Positions 11,836 through 21,001 of a stretch of DNA of 64,000 nt are shown one piece after another. Position 1 is the stretch's first letter; each line of letters starts with the position of its first letter. The position numbers and the translations under genes are program-made. The stretch is from an uncultured Chloroflexia bacterium (GTDB lineage Bacteria > Chloroflexota > Anaerolineae > Anaerolineales > UBA4823). A model generated the notes under the pieces. It had not been told where the DNA came from. It saw only the letters and a program-made list of their open reading frames with translations, and did no database searches. Location: contig CAWGZV010000002.1 of the NCBI GenBank assembly GCA_963827155.1, positions 2,601,062-2,665,061 on the forward strand, read 5' to 3'.

Positions 11836-13218
11836 TTATTGTTTTGGGATAGAAATTGTAAAAAGGGCTCCCTTGCCTGGCTCGCTCTGCAAGCGAATAG
11901 CCCCACTATGTGCTTCGACGATCGATTTTGCTATTGCCAACCCCAGGCCAGTCTCGTTATTATACGTACGGGCGCGGTCGGCACGATAGAAGCGGTCGAA
12001 CACAAAGGGCTGCTCCTCTACAGGAATTCCAATTCCATCATCCTGGACTTGGAGCTCCACATCGTGGGGTGAGCCAGAGGCACCAAGGACGATATTTCCA
12101 TTTGCAGGAGTGTAGCGAAGCGCATTCGTCATCAAGTTGCCCAGCACCTGGTTCATCCGTTCCGGATCAACGAAAACCTCTGGCAAATTGGGCTCGATTC
12201 GCAGCTCCAGATTGATTCCTTTTTGCTCACACAACGGGCGATAAGCAGATGCCGATCGTTCGAGAATCACCCCGGGAGATATCATCTGGGGGAAAAGCAC
12301 CAACTCCCCCGCGTCTGCAAGTGACAATGTCCGTAGATCCTCGATTAATCGATTTAACAGACCAGCCTCTTTATGCATGATTTCAAATATTTCTGGGGTC
12401 CCTTCCAACTTGGCATCGCTAAGCGCTTCGGTGTAACCCAGGATTACAGTTAATGGAGAGCGCAGATCATGGGCGATATCGGCAGTCATTTGACGGCGTG
12501 CCTGGGTTGCTTTGGCCAGGTCTGTGCTCATCTTGTTGAATGAATCAGCAAGACCCCCGAGCTCGTCCTTGGATCGGATTAGCACTTGAGTTCCCAATTC
12601 ACCGGCTGCTATCGCCTGGGTCGCGTGAGTCAGATCGCGGATTGGCCGAGTCAGGGTACGCGCCAGTGCCACACCTAAAACCAGGGCGATAATCGATGCC
12701 AGGACTGCACTGATTAGAAGCACCTGGTTAATCGCCGATAGAAAATTCCTCTCAGGTCCACCTATGTCTCCGGGCGACAGGCGCGGACTGATGGTCAACC
12801 AACCTACCAGCTTTCCATCCACCTCCAACGGGAGCCCTTGAGAAATTTCGTCCTTTGTCGCAAGCCCACCTGGCGGAAGTTCTGAACCTGTAAAGACAAT
12901 GATTCGGTTGGCGTCTACCAGCATCAGCGGCAGCGGACGACTTTCCGGTGGTCGCGGATTACTCGACATCTTCTGTGTATCATCTTGAATACGCCGCAGC
13001 CGCTCCATCTGGTCCATGACCTGATCAACCCCATTCCAGGATCCATTCGAGATGTAGAATTCGGTCAAAGCCGTGACTAAATCGCGCTGGTACTGGTTGG
13101 ATAGAAAGCGGTTAAATTCAGTGTTGGTTCGCTGCTGAATAAATAGAGCAGAGAGCACAGCCCCAGTCAGGCTGACAATCAAGAACGCGAGAACGAGCTT
13201 AACGGTTAACGACCGCAT
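11836..13218 (-). CDS. HAMP-domain sensor histidine kinase (BaeS-like)
   Basis: Two TM segments, HAMP, H-box ADIAHDLRSPL, N-box NLMTNALRY, DDGIGI, GLGLAIAK. Confidence 0.93.
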   Translation of the reverse strand: MRSLTVKLVLAFLIVSLTGAVLSALFIQQRTNTEFNRFLSNQYQRDLVTALTEFYISNGSWNGVDQVMDQMERLRRIQDDTQKMSSNPRPPESRPLPLMLVDANRIIVFTGSELPPGGLATKDEISQGLPLEVDGKLVGWLTISPRLSPGDIGGPERNFLSAINQVLLISAVLASIIALVLGVALARTLTRPIRDLTHATQAIAAGELGTQVLIRSKDELGGLADSFNKMSTDLAKATQARRQMTADIAHDLRSPLTVILGYTEALSDAKLEGTPEIFEIMHKEAGLLNRLIEDLRTLSLADAGELVLFPQMISPGVILERSASAYRPLCEQKGINLELRIEPNLPEVFVDPERMNQVLGNLMTNALRYTPANGNIVLGASGSPHDVELQVQDDGIGIPVEEQPFVFDRFYRADRARTYNNETGLGLAIAKSIVEAHSGAIRLQSEPGKGALFTISIPKQ

Positions 13219-13224
13219 GGATTT

Positions 13225-13932
13225 CTATACCCCTCGAGATTCAATATCTTTCAACGCGGTGAAGCGGTAGCCAGTACCATAAACCGTCTCAACATATCTT
13301 GGTTCCGAAGGATCCACTTCAATTTTTGAGCGCAAATTTCGGACATGAACATCAATGGTGCGCTCATAGCCTTCAAATGCCGCACCTTGCAGCCGTTCAA
13401 GCAGCTCAAGACGAGTGAAAGCTCGCCCTGGAGCAGCCATCATCACAGCAAGCAGATCGAATTCTGATGGGGTCAGGTCGATCAAATCGTCATTGATCAT
13501 GATGAGATGACCATCTCGATCGAGAGTAATATCACCGGCGCGCAGGATCTGGCTTGGTTTTGCTTGTTTTTCGACACGCCGCAGGACCGCCCGGATGCGT
13601 GCAGTTAGCTCGCGTGGGCTAAAAGGTTTTGTGACAAAATCATCCGCGCCAAGTTCGAGGCCAGTCACCTTGTCTGATTCCTCAAGCCGCGCAGTTAGAA
13701 CGATAATCGGAGCATCCGCCTCGCGGGTGTAAGACCGGATAAACTCATATCCGCTCATTTCCGGCATCATCAGATCAAGAACGATAAGATCTGGCTTGGC
13801 TTGTCGGGCGACGAAGAGTGCTTCTTTTCCGTCGCTGGCTGCAACCACATCAAAACCTTCCTGGTTCAAATATGATTTGAGTAGTTGGCGAATTTCTATT
13901 TTGTCATCGACTACAAGAATTTTCTTTGACAT
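13225..13932 (-). CDS. OmpR/PhoB-family response regulator
   Basis: ILVVDD, LDLMMP, GADDFVTKPF, and wHTH RTIDVHVRNLRSKIE...VETVYGTGYRF. Start set at ATG 13932. Confidence 0.95.
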   Translation of the reverse strand: MSKKILVVDDKIEIRQLLKSYLNQEGFDVVAASDGKEALFVARQAKPDLIVLDLMMPEMSGYEFIRSYTREADAPIIVLTARLEESDKVTGLELGADDFVTKPFSPRELTARIRAVLRRVEKQAKPSQILRAGDITLDRDGHLIMINDDLIDLTPSEFDLLAVMMAAPGRAFTRLELLERLQGAAFEGYERTIDVHVRNLRSKIEVDPSEPRYVETVYGTGYRFTALKDIESRGV

Positions 13933-13973
13933 GTGCACCCTAGACCACTGGGTCAAATTATCCTTCAAATTTC

Positions 13974-14005
13974 AGTATAGTGGAAATTTGTTAGGAAATT
14001 ATGAA
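13974..14005 (-). promoter_or_regulatory. Promoter with tandem OmpR-type boxes upstream of the response regulator
   Basis: Minus strand: TTCATA (14005-14000) and CTAACA (13994-13989) at 11-bp period, 9-nt gap, then -10 TATACT (13979-13974). Confidence 0.6.
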
Positions 14006-14057
14006 GATGTGATTTAGACATTATTGGGACAATCTTGGCTGCGACAAGATTAATGAT

Positions 14058-14085
14058 TATGGGCGCGAGGTGTCTCGCGCCCATA
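14058..14085. terminator. Hairpin, probable terminator of 14114-14899
   Basis: Perfect 12-bp stem TATGGGCGCGAG-GTGT-CTCGCGCCCATA just downstream of the stop. Confidence 0.7.
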
Positions 14086-14113
14086 GTAAGGAAATATCGG
14101 ATTTCGGATCGGC

Positions 14114-14899
14114 TTATTGGCCTGCCTCCTGAGGGGGCTGAGAATTCGAATTCGGCATTCCCATTCCATCTCGGGGGCCACCATGCCGGCCAGGACCAGG
14201 CATCCCACCACCGAAGAGACCGTGTCCGGCTTTCTGGCTAAGAATTTGATCGGCAATTTCCTGGGTGATCACGCCGTCATCCACAGCTTGCTGGACTGCT
14301 GCTTTATAGGCATTCTGCACTGCTTGCTGGAAAGTTTCCGCACTCAACCCCTGCTCTTCGATCAATGCTGGGATTGATTTTCCAGCTTGAAGAGATGACT
14401 TGAGTTCGTCGGAGGATATCCCGAGCGCTTCTGCCATCAGCACATCTCGATCCAGATAGGGTTTCAGCGCCTGCCTGGCTTTGATCAAGGCGGCTTGTTC
14501 TTCGGTTATCTCGCCATCGGCAATGGACTGTTCCAGCATCGTCTCATCGGCTTTCTGTCGAGCTGCTTGAAGCTCTTCTACCGAAATTCCCAATGCTTCA
14601 GCCAGATACTTGTCATATTCATCGTTTCCGCCAAATCGGGGCTTATCCATTCGGCCAAACCCAGGAAATCCACCCGGCATCTGTCCGTCGCCAATGGGAG
14701 GGTGAAATCCTAAATCGTTGGGTTGTCCTCCGGTGCCGCCAGACTGGGCGGGATCAACTGGAGGCTGCGGCGTGACATTCTGCGCCTGAGCAATTTGCGG
14801 TAAAACTGCCACAGCACCTGCAACTAACATACCTGCGATCACGACCGCTATCACGAGCTTGACCAGCGGTCTCCAAACTTTCTGATCAGTTTTCTCCAT
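14114..14899 (-). CDS. Exported/anchored helical protein of unknown function
   Basis: N-terminal hydrophobic signal, Gly/Pro-rich flanks, internal repeat (LAEALGISVEEL / MAEALGISSDEL), RBS AGGAG. Confidence 0.8.
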   Translation of the reverse strand: MEKTDQKVWRPLVKLVIAVVIAGMLVAGAVAVLPQIAQAQNVTPQPPVDPAQSGGTGGQPNDLGFHPPIGDGQMPGGFPGFGRMDKPRFGGNDEYDKYLAEALGISVEELQAARQKADETMLEQSIADGEITEEQAALIKARQALKPYLDRDVLMAEALGISSDELKSSLQAGKSIPALIEEQGLSAETFQQAVQNAYKAAVQQAVDDGVITQEIADQILSQKAGHGLFGGGMPGPGRHGGPRDGMGMPNSNSQPPQEAGQ

Positions 14900-14971
14900 A
14901 AACGTACTCCTTTCGAACCTGTGTAATTGTTGAGATTGGGTTTCATCAATTCGACTTCCTCGAGCATTCTC

Positions 14972-15003
14972 AGGATATCAAAAGCCTGTTCAGAAAATGT
15001 TAG
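14972..15003 (-). promoter_or_regulatory. Promoter with tandem OmpR-type boxes upstream of 14114-14899
   Basis: Minus strand: CTAACA (15003-14998) and TGAACA (14992-14987) at 11-bp period, 9-nt gap, then -10 TATCCT (14977-14972). Same geometry as at 13974-14005. Confidence 0.6.
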
Positions 15004-15148
15004 GATGTTATTTCGGGATTATTGGTTTTCACACAAAATCGAAGGTGTGGTTGTCATTTTGATGTTTGGGCTTTTAAAATTGAAAAGCCTATAAAGGTAT
15101 AATCATCTCAAATTCCATACCCATCAAATAATTCGGCAGGAAAATCAA

Positions 15149-15694
15149 TTGAACGTCCAAAATTACCCTTTCGATGCTGTTGAAGAAGCCTCTTTGCAAG
15201 ATGGTCGGAAGGTTGTCCTGCGTCCTATCCGACCAGATGACGCACCTCGCCTCCAACAATTTTTTTTGAGGCTTTCGAAAGAATCCATTTATATGCGCTT
15301 TCTCCAGGCTGCATCCGTCTTGACAGATGAGCAAGCTTATAACCTGGCAAACGTAGATTACCTGACAAAAATGGCGTTGGTTGGATCGATTGAAGAAAAT
15401 GGCGGACAACAGATCTTGTGTGTGGCGCGATATGCAATCCTCGACCGAGATCCGCCAGGAGGGGCAGAAGCAGCAATTGTGGTGCGCGACGATTTTCAAA
15501 GATGCGGGTTAGGAAAAATCTCGATGGATCGACTGGCGCGTTATGCCCAAAAACACGGTGTCCGATATTTCACTGCGACTGTTCATACGACAAATCTCAA
15601 GTTGTTAAGTTTCATCCAAAGTTCTGAGTTAAGCTTCGAAAAAGAAGTCCTGGAACCAGGAGTTTGGGAGATCCGGATCCTGCTGGGTGAGTGA
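15149..15694 (+). CDS. GNAT N-acetyltransferase (Pat/PatZ-type GNAT domain, stand-alone)
   Basis: LRPIRPDDA, SIYMRF, NVDY, AEAAIVVRDDFQRCGLG. Confidence 0.85.
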   Translation: MNVQNYPFDAVEEASLQDGRKVVLRPIRPDDAPRLQQFFLRLSKESIYMRFLQAASVLTDEQAYNLANVDYLTKMALVGSIEENGGQQILCVARYAILDRDPPGGAEAAIVVRDDFQRCGLGKISMDRLARYAQKHGVRYFTATVHTTNLKLLSFIQSSELSFEKEVLEPGVWEIRILLGE

Positions 15695-15989
15695 GATTGT
15701 CGATAATCAGGAATCAAGTTTGGGAAATTTCGCTCGAACCTGCGATCGAGGCAGCTTCACCAAGCTCGTTTAGTCTTGAGCATTCAGAAACCAAGGCCAG
15801 TGGTTAAATGGTGAAACGATGGGGAGCGGCTTTTCAGGCATTTACAACAATGGCGATTTAGAAGAAGGCTGCCTCCTGGCAGCCAATCCTGGTGATGATG
15901 CATAAATCAAAGGAGCTGGATTTAAACAGCTTCTCAAGCTTGATATGGATCGAGCGGTATCCCTGTGAAAAGGCTCAGCGAGCTGACAA

Positions 15990-18248
15990 TCAGCTATTTT
16001 CGGTGAATTCTTCGTGAGCATCTCGCTCTATCAAGACTTCACGATCGCGGCCGCCTCCCACGGCTGGACCGATCACCCCCAACTCTTCAAGTTCATCGAC
16101 GAGGCGTGCAGCCCGGGGATAACCTATCCGGAGCCGCCTTTGAAGCATAGAAGCGCTGGCACGCTGGTTGGTTCTCACAATCTCGATAGCTCGCTCGATA
16201 AGATCATCTTTTTCAGAAGAAATCTGGTCCTGATTGACGGTCTCTTCCCAGGGCGGCAATTGGTCTGTCTGAGCCTGAGGCTCTGACCAAGCTTTTTGCC
16301 AGAACGTGATCGCTCGCTCGACTTCCTGATCGCTGACCATCACACCCTGCAGCCGGATCGGTGCAGATGCTTCAGGTGGGATGAAAAGCATGTCACCATG
16401 TCCAAGAAGGGATTCGGCCCCATTCGTATCTAGAATCACGCGCAAATCAATAGATGATGCTACCGTGAAGGCGATTCTGGCTGGAAAATTCGCCTTTATA
16501 AGACCTGTGACGACGTCCACTCCAGGCCTTTGGGTGGCAACAACCAAATGGATCCCGGTGGCACGCGCCATCTGCGCGAGTCTCACGAGATTGTGCTCGG
16601 TTTGATCCGGGGCAGACATCATCAGATCAGCTAATTCATCGATCATCACCACAATATGAGGAAGGGGATTCTCACCACGCCGCCGGCGGATTTTTCGGTT
16701 GTAGGAGTCGATATTGCGGGAATGGGAGGACTCAAGAACCTTATAACGTCGATCCATTTCCATCACAGTCCACTGCAGCACCCCCAAGATCCGAATAAGA
16801 GCTGTCTCTACCTTGCCATACAAATGAGGCAAGCCGTTGAATCTCACCAGCTCAACCATTTTAGGATCAATCATTACCAGGCGCAGGTCATCCGGGGTGT
16901 TGTTCATGACCAGACAGGTTGTCAGTGCGGCGATGCAGACTGATTTTCCCGAACCGGTCGTGCCGGCGATGAGCAAGTGGGGCATGCGAGCAAGATCGGC
17001 AACGTATGGGGCACCTGAGACATCCCGTCCAAGCGCTATCGCGAGAGGCGAATTGTTCTTGCCGAATTGCTCCGATTCCATGATCGGTCGCAGACGGACG
17101 ATCGAGGAGCGAGCATTCGGGACTTCGATACCGACGTACGGGCGCCCAGGCACCGGAGCCTCGATTCGTAATCGCTCCGCAGCCAGCGCCAACGCAAGAT
17201 CGCGGCCAAGCGCCGATATTTGAGCTACACGTACTTTCTGGCGCGCCGCATCACCATTTTCCCCGGCTCCATCTTTATCGAGGTATCCAGGTTCAACTGC
17301 AAATTGGGTGACTGTCGGTCCCACCCGAAATCCAACGACTTTAGCAGGGATTCCAAACTCAGCCAGCGTCTTTTCAATGAGCCCAGCGGTCAAGTTAATA
17401 TTCCTCTCGTCTGGTCGGTGGAACTGCTCATTAACCAGCAAATCTAGACCAGGCAGACGGGTATCTCGTGGGGGGAGCTCGGCGGAGGGCTTATCTTCAT
17501 AATCTATGCGAAATGTCTTCCGAAATTGGGGCGGTAAAGAAATTTTTCGGCGGTTTTGAACGGAGGCCTGGGATTGAATTGGACTCGATGAAAGGGGAGA
17601 CTCACTTACCACAGGCTCCGGCTCAACGAACCTGGAGCTGGCGGTTACCTTCGCGGCGCGGCTTGACCAGCGACCAACCGCCTGGAGCCATCCAAATGCG
17701 TAAGAAATTGTGAGCAGAAAGACTACAAAAACCAGTAAGATCATCAAACCACTATTGCTGAGCCCGATCGGTCGGATGAGAATTCGAAGCAGTTCCACCA
17801 GCCCCCAACCTACTCGTCCACCATCCAAACCAGCCTCTGCTCGGAACAGATCTGGTCCGCCAATCAGGGTAAGGAGGGCAATCGAGCAAAATGCTGCCAG
17901 CTCAAGCGAAAAAAGCCTAAGCCAGAAGTGGCCTCCCAAAGCAGGTCCTTCAGCCCGGCGCCGCAAGAGGATGATAGAGAACAAGATAGATCCAATGACA
18001 AACCACATACTCCCCCAACCAAACCAGAGACGGAGGGCGCCTGTCCACCAGTCCAATATCCCACCCGCAATTGCAGGAAATATCAAGCCCACCAAAGTGA
18101 TCAATCCCGCCGACATCAGGAAAACAGCGGCAATATCGACTGAAAAACGTTCGAAACGTGCCAGGAAATCGAGGACGGTGGAACTCGAACCTTCATTCAT
18201 CTTATCTTCAGGAAGATTTGAAAGCTGCTTGTGGGTTACCCTTGGCAT
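15990..18248 (-). CDS. ftsK: FtsK/SpoIIIE DNA translocase
   Basis: N-terminal TMs, PHLLIAGTTGSGKS, MIDELADLMM, HLVVATQRP, gamma domain ASASMLQRRLRIGYPRAARL. Confidence 0.97.
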   Translation of the reverse strand: MPRVTHKQLSNLPEDKMNEGSSSTVLDFLARFERFSVDIAAVFLMSAGLITLVGLIFPAIAGGILDWWTGALRLWFGWGSMWFVIGSILFSIILLRRRAEGPALGGHFWLRLFSLELAAFCSIALLTLIGGPDLFRAEAGLDGGRVGWGLVELLRILIRPIGLSNSGLMILLVFVVFLLTISYAFGWLQAVGRWSSRAAKVTASSRFVEPEPVVSESPLSSSPIQSQASVQNRRKISLPPQFRKTFRIDYEDKPSAELPPRDTRLPGLDLLVNEQFHRPDERNINLTAGLIEKTLAEFGIPAKVVGFRVGPTVTQFAVEPGYLDKDGAGENGDAARQKVRVAQISALGRDLALALAAERLRIEAPVPGRPYVGIEVPNARSSIVRLRPIMESEQFGKNNSPLAIALGRDVSGAPYVADLARMPHLLIAGTTGSGKSVCIAALTTCLVMNNTPDDLRLVMIDPKMVELVRFNGLPHLYGKVETALIRILGVLQWTVMEMDRRYKVLESSHSRNIDSYNRKIRRRRGENPLPHIVVMIDELADLMMSAPDQTEHNLVRLAQMARATGIHLVVATQRPGVDVVTGLIKANFPARIAFTVASSIDLRVILDTNGAESLLGHGDMLFIPPEASAPIRLQGVMVSDQEVERAITFWQKAWSEPQAQTDQLPPWEETVNQDQISSEKDDLIERAIEIVRTNQRASASMLQRRLRIGYPRAARLVDELEELGVIGPAVGGGRDREVLIERDAHEEFTENS

Positions 18249-18412
18249 ATCCGATAATTATAGCATTCAGAATTACTATAAACGGATTGTGGGATTTGTC
18301 CAGGCACCTGCAGGATACCCCTTTAGAATCACGCTGAGCGAAAAAGCTCACATTATTCTCAATAAACAGCTGCTTAAGCTCCGATTTGATAATGAGCTTG
18401 TAAGCGATTGGA

Positions 18413-19387
18413 TTAAGCCGTGTTGGAATTTAAATTATCTACAACTCGGTTTGGGCGGTGAGCCTCACTGCGAGATGCCAGGTAGATGCCGGCTAAAATC
18501 AAGCTTGCTCCGATCAGTTTGATCGGGGTGAACTGTTCTCCTAGAAAGAAATATGCCAGGATGGATGATCCGATTGGTTCACCAAGGACTGCAATCGAGA
18601 CGAATGCCGCCGAGAGATATGCAAGCGCCCAGTTGTACGAAGTGTGTCCTAAGAGCTGAGGCACGAGCGCAAGAGCCAGAAGCCAGAAGTAAGTAGAGGG
18701 CGAATATCCAAAGAATTCCAGACCAGATGCCAGGGCTGCAACCGCGAGCACGCAGGCTGCGGTACCGTAAACCAGGAAAATATAAGTCAATAAAGTCATG
18801 CGCGTCCGAAGTCTGCGACCGACAATTATGTAACCAGCTGCAGTTACTGCCCCGGCTAATGCCAGCAAATCCCCAAGAAATGCCCGTCCGCGCACGAAAT
18901 CAGACCAAGAAGGACAAACCAGATTGACACCGTCCAAAGTACAGGAATCGCTGATTCCGACGATTATTCCTCCAGCAAGCGCAAGAAGCATCCCAAACAG
19001 CATCAATCGCGTAAGCGGTTCCTTTAAAGTCAATGGAGAAAGAAGCGCCACCCAAAGAGGGGCGGTAGAAACCAAGACTACCGAGCTTGCAACGCTGGTG
19101 TAAGATAGTGAGCTTATCCAGGTAGCGAAATGAAGCGCCAAAAAAAGGCCGGATAATGCGGCAAGGCCGCGCTCCCTTGAAGTCAGTAGGGCAAGTTCGT
19201 TTCGGCGTCGAACAACTGCAAACGGTGCTATTACCAGCGAAGCCAAGATAAGCCGCCAGGCAGCAATGATTAACGAGGGAGCCTCTTGCTGGGCGAATCG
19301 GATCATGATCGAAGCCGTGGAGACAGCCAGAATTCCAAAACCGAGAACCAGGATGGGAGAGATGGGAGGGCGGCGCATCCCCTGCAT
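18413..19387 (-). CDS. DMT/EamA-family transporter
   Basis: About 10 TMs; FLALHFATWISSL, GDLLAL, LGEPIGS. Confidence 0.9.
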   Translation of the reverse strand: MQGMRRPPISPILVLGFGILAVSTASIMIRFAQQEAPSLIIAAWRLILASLVIAPFAVVRRRNELALLTSRERGLAALSGLFLALHFATWISSLSYTSVASSVVLVSTAPLWVALLSPLTLKEPLTRLMLFGMLLALAGGIIVGISDSCTLDGVNLVCPSWSDFVRGRAFLGDLLALAGAVTAAGYIIVGRRLRTRMTLLTYIFLVYGTAACVLAVAALASGLEFFGYSPSTYFWLLALALVPQLLGHTSYNWALAYLSAAFVSIAVLGEPIGSSILAYFFLGEQFTPIKLIGASLILAGIYLASRSEAHRPNRVVDNLNSNTA

Positions 19388-19429
19388 TATAAAGGATGGA
19401 TCCGCCAGTGGAAGTTGGTAATGCTGAAA

Positions 19430-19732
19430 CTATACGGTTGGGCGACTGATGTGCAGGACAACTTTTCCGATCACCCAGCGTCTCGGGATAAGACCAAACT
19501 GCCGGCTGTCGGTACTATCCGGATTCTCACCTACGACGAATAATTCTTCGCCGTCCGGGGTAATTGTTTCCAATCGTTTTACTAATCTGCCGTAGACAGG
19601 GTGGTGGAATACTACCAGATCTCCAGCTTTAAGCTTGCGCAGAGAAAAGGCGGCTTTAAAAACGAGGATGTAATCGCCCGGATTTATGGAAGGTGCCAGG
19701 CTTTCACCTGACACCTTCATCAATCGGATCAT
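19430..19732 (-). CDS. sodX: Nickel-SOD maturation protease (S24/S26-like)
   Basis: VSGESLAPS, GDLVVF, LVKRL, GENPDSTDSRQFG; overlaps the sodN stop by 4 nt. Confidence 0.9.
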   Translation of the reverse strand: MIRLMKVSGESLAPSINPGDYILVFKAAFSLRKLKAGDLVVFHHPVYGRLVKRLETITPDGEELFVVGENPDSTDSRQFGLIPRRWVIGKVVLHISRPTV

Positions 19733-20232
19733 TCAATTACTGGATAAACCAGTTCAACGGGTGGGTTATAGGGCGATTTTGCTCGGCGGGTTTTCATGCT
19801 CTTGGTTGCCCAGAAGATTTCGGCAAATTTGTTGATCTCTTCTACCAGGTCCAGGGCAGCCTGGCGATCTGCGGTCTGCCGGCTTTTTGAGCCAAACTGC
19901 ATGATTCTGTGGGTGATGGCATGCAGATCGGGGAATTTCTCCAGGTGCGGCGCTTTGATGTAATCTCCCCAAATCACACGGATCTCATGCTTAGCTTTCT
20001 CTGCATGCTCTTCCTTGACCTCGATGTAACGAGACATGGTGTTGAAGTAATCTTTACCTTTCTCCCCACCTTTGCTTTCGAGATCTGCCATCAGATCCAT
20101 CATCCTGACAACGGTGACGGCGGCAATTTGGGCAGTGATCGGGTCGTAGATCCCGCAGGGAATATCACAGTGCGCGCTTGCGCTCTCAAAACCCATCTTT
20201 TTATCCAGGGCTGAGATCAAATTGTAAATCAT
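19729..20232 (-). CDS. sodN: Nickel superoxide dismutase precursor
   Basis: Ni-hook HCDIPCGIYDP after a 20-residue leader; KEEHAEKAK, IWGDY, FAEIFW. Confidence 0.96.
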   Translation of the reverse strand: MIYNLISALDKKMGFESASAHCDIPCGIYDPITAQIAAVTVVRMMDLMADLESKGGEKGKDYFNTMSRYIEVKEEHAEKAKHEIRVIWGDYIKAPHLEKFPDLHAITHRIMQFGSKSRQTADRQAALDLVEEINKFAEIFWATKSMKTRRAKSPYNPPVELVYPVIE

Positions 20233-20331
20233 TCTTTCCTCCTGATGATTATGTTGAATTGGATAGTGAGCTATCCAGAACTTATTCGACCATAGGTCCG
20301 TTATGCCCCAATTTAATCTTTCGACCGCGTC

Positions 20332-20360
20332 ATGATACTTATAATGATAAAACTTGTCAA
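20332..20360 (-). promoter_or_regulatory. sigma70-type promoter of sodN-sodX with an overlapping Fur-like array
   Basis: Minus strand: TTGACA (20360-20355), 17 nt, TATCAT (20337-20332). GATACT-TATAAT-GATAAA lies at 20334-20351. Confidence 0.7.
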
Positions 20361-20367
20361 GATTCTG

Positions 20368-20434
20368 TTGCTAAAGCCTCACCTTCTTCTTATAATAACG
20401 ATCGCTTGACAAAGGAATAAGGGGAGACTAAAAT
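20368..20434 (+). promoter_or_regulatory. Two tandem sigma70-type promoters of the ferredoxin gene
   Basis: TTGCTA(20368)-N17-TATAAT(20391) and TTGACA(20406)-N17-TAAAAT(20429); RBS AGGAGG before ATG 20455. Confidence 0.65.
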
Positions 20435-20454
20435 TCATTCAGGAGGATCGTCAT

Positions 20455-20856
20455 ATGACCCATATTATCACCAGTTTATGTTTACGCGACTCAGGATGCG
20501 TTGATGTCTGCCCGGTGGAGTGCATTGTCCCTGGGAAGCCTATCGCTGAATGGCCGTGGTTTTACATTGATCCAGATACATGTATCGATTGCGGGGCATG
20601 CATACCCGAATGCCCCTTCGAAGCCATCTTCCCTGAAGATGAAGTGCCGTCCGCCTACACCGCAAAAGGCGGCGAGTACATCAGCAAGGTTGGATTGAAA
20701 GGTCATTACGAAGGAACAAATCACCACGGGGAAGCAGTTGTATTAGACTGCGTCCGCCAGCTTGACGCCGGTGAAGTGGTTGATCTGACCGCAGATACCC
20801 AGCCAAATTATGATTATTTCACTAAGGGTTCAGGCTACAAAGCGCTTGAAATGTAA
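20455..20856 (+). CDS. Dicluster ferredoxin with C-terminal extension
   Basis: CLRDSGCVDVCPVEC and CIDCGACIPECP. Confidence 0.92.
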   Translation: MTHIITSLCLRDSGCVDVCPVECIVPGKPIAEWPWFYIDPDTCIDCGACIPECPFEAIFPEDEVPSAYTAKGGEYISKVGLKGHYEGTNHHGEAVVLDCVRQLDAGEVVDLTADTQPNYDYFTKGSGYKALEM

Positions 20857-20910
20857 CACTTTCCGATATCCAATAATATTTTTCCAATAATAGATTTTGT
20901 ACCTTAAACA

Positions 20911-20940
20911 ACAAGCTCCCCATATGATTGGGGAGCTTGT
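20911..20940. terminator. Probable bidirectional terminator
   Basis: 12-bp stem ACAAGCTCCCCA-TATGAT-TGGGGAGCTTGT between convergent genes. Confidence 0.7.
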
Positions 20941-21001
20941 GCAGAATGTATCAATACATGCTTTCGAATAAATTACTCTACCTCCCAAAATCCGGGAAGT
21001 T

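Noticed and set aside
11378-11906. Four short ORFs over 11.4-11.9 kb
   Set aside because: They overlap rnpB; artefacts of a GC-rich structured RNA.
15790-15830. tRNA-like D-arm string GCCAGTGGTTAAATGGT
   Set aside because: No anticodon arm, T-loop or acceptor pairing.
17710-18522. 270-aa plus-strand ORF
   Set aside because: Antisense to ftsK, low-complexity, no motifs.
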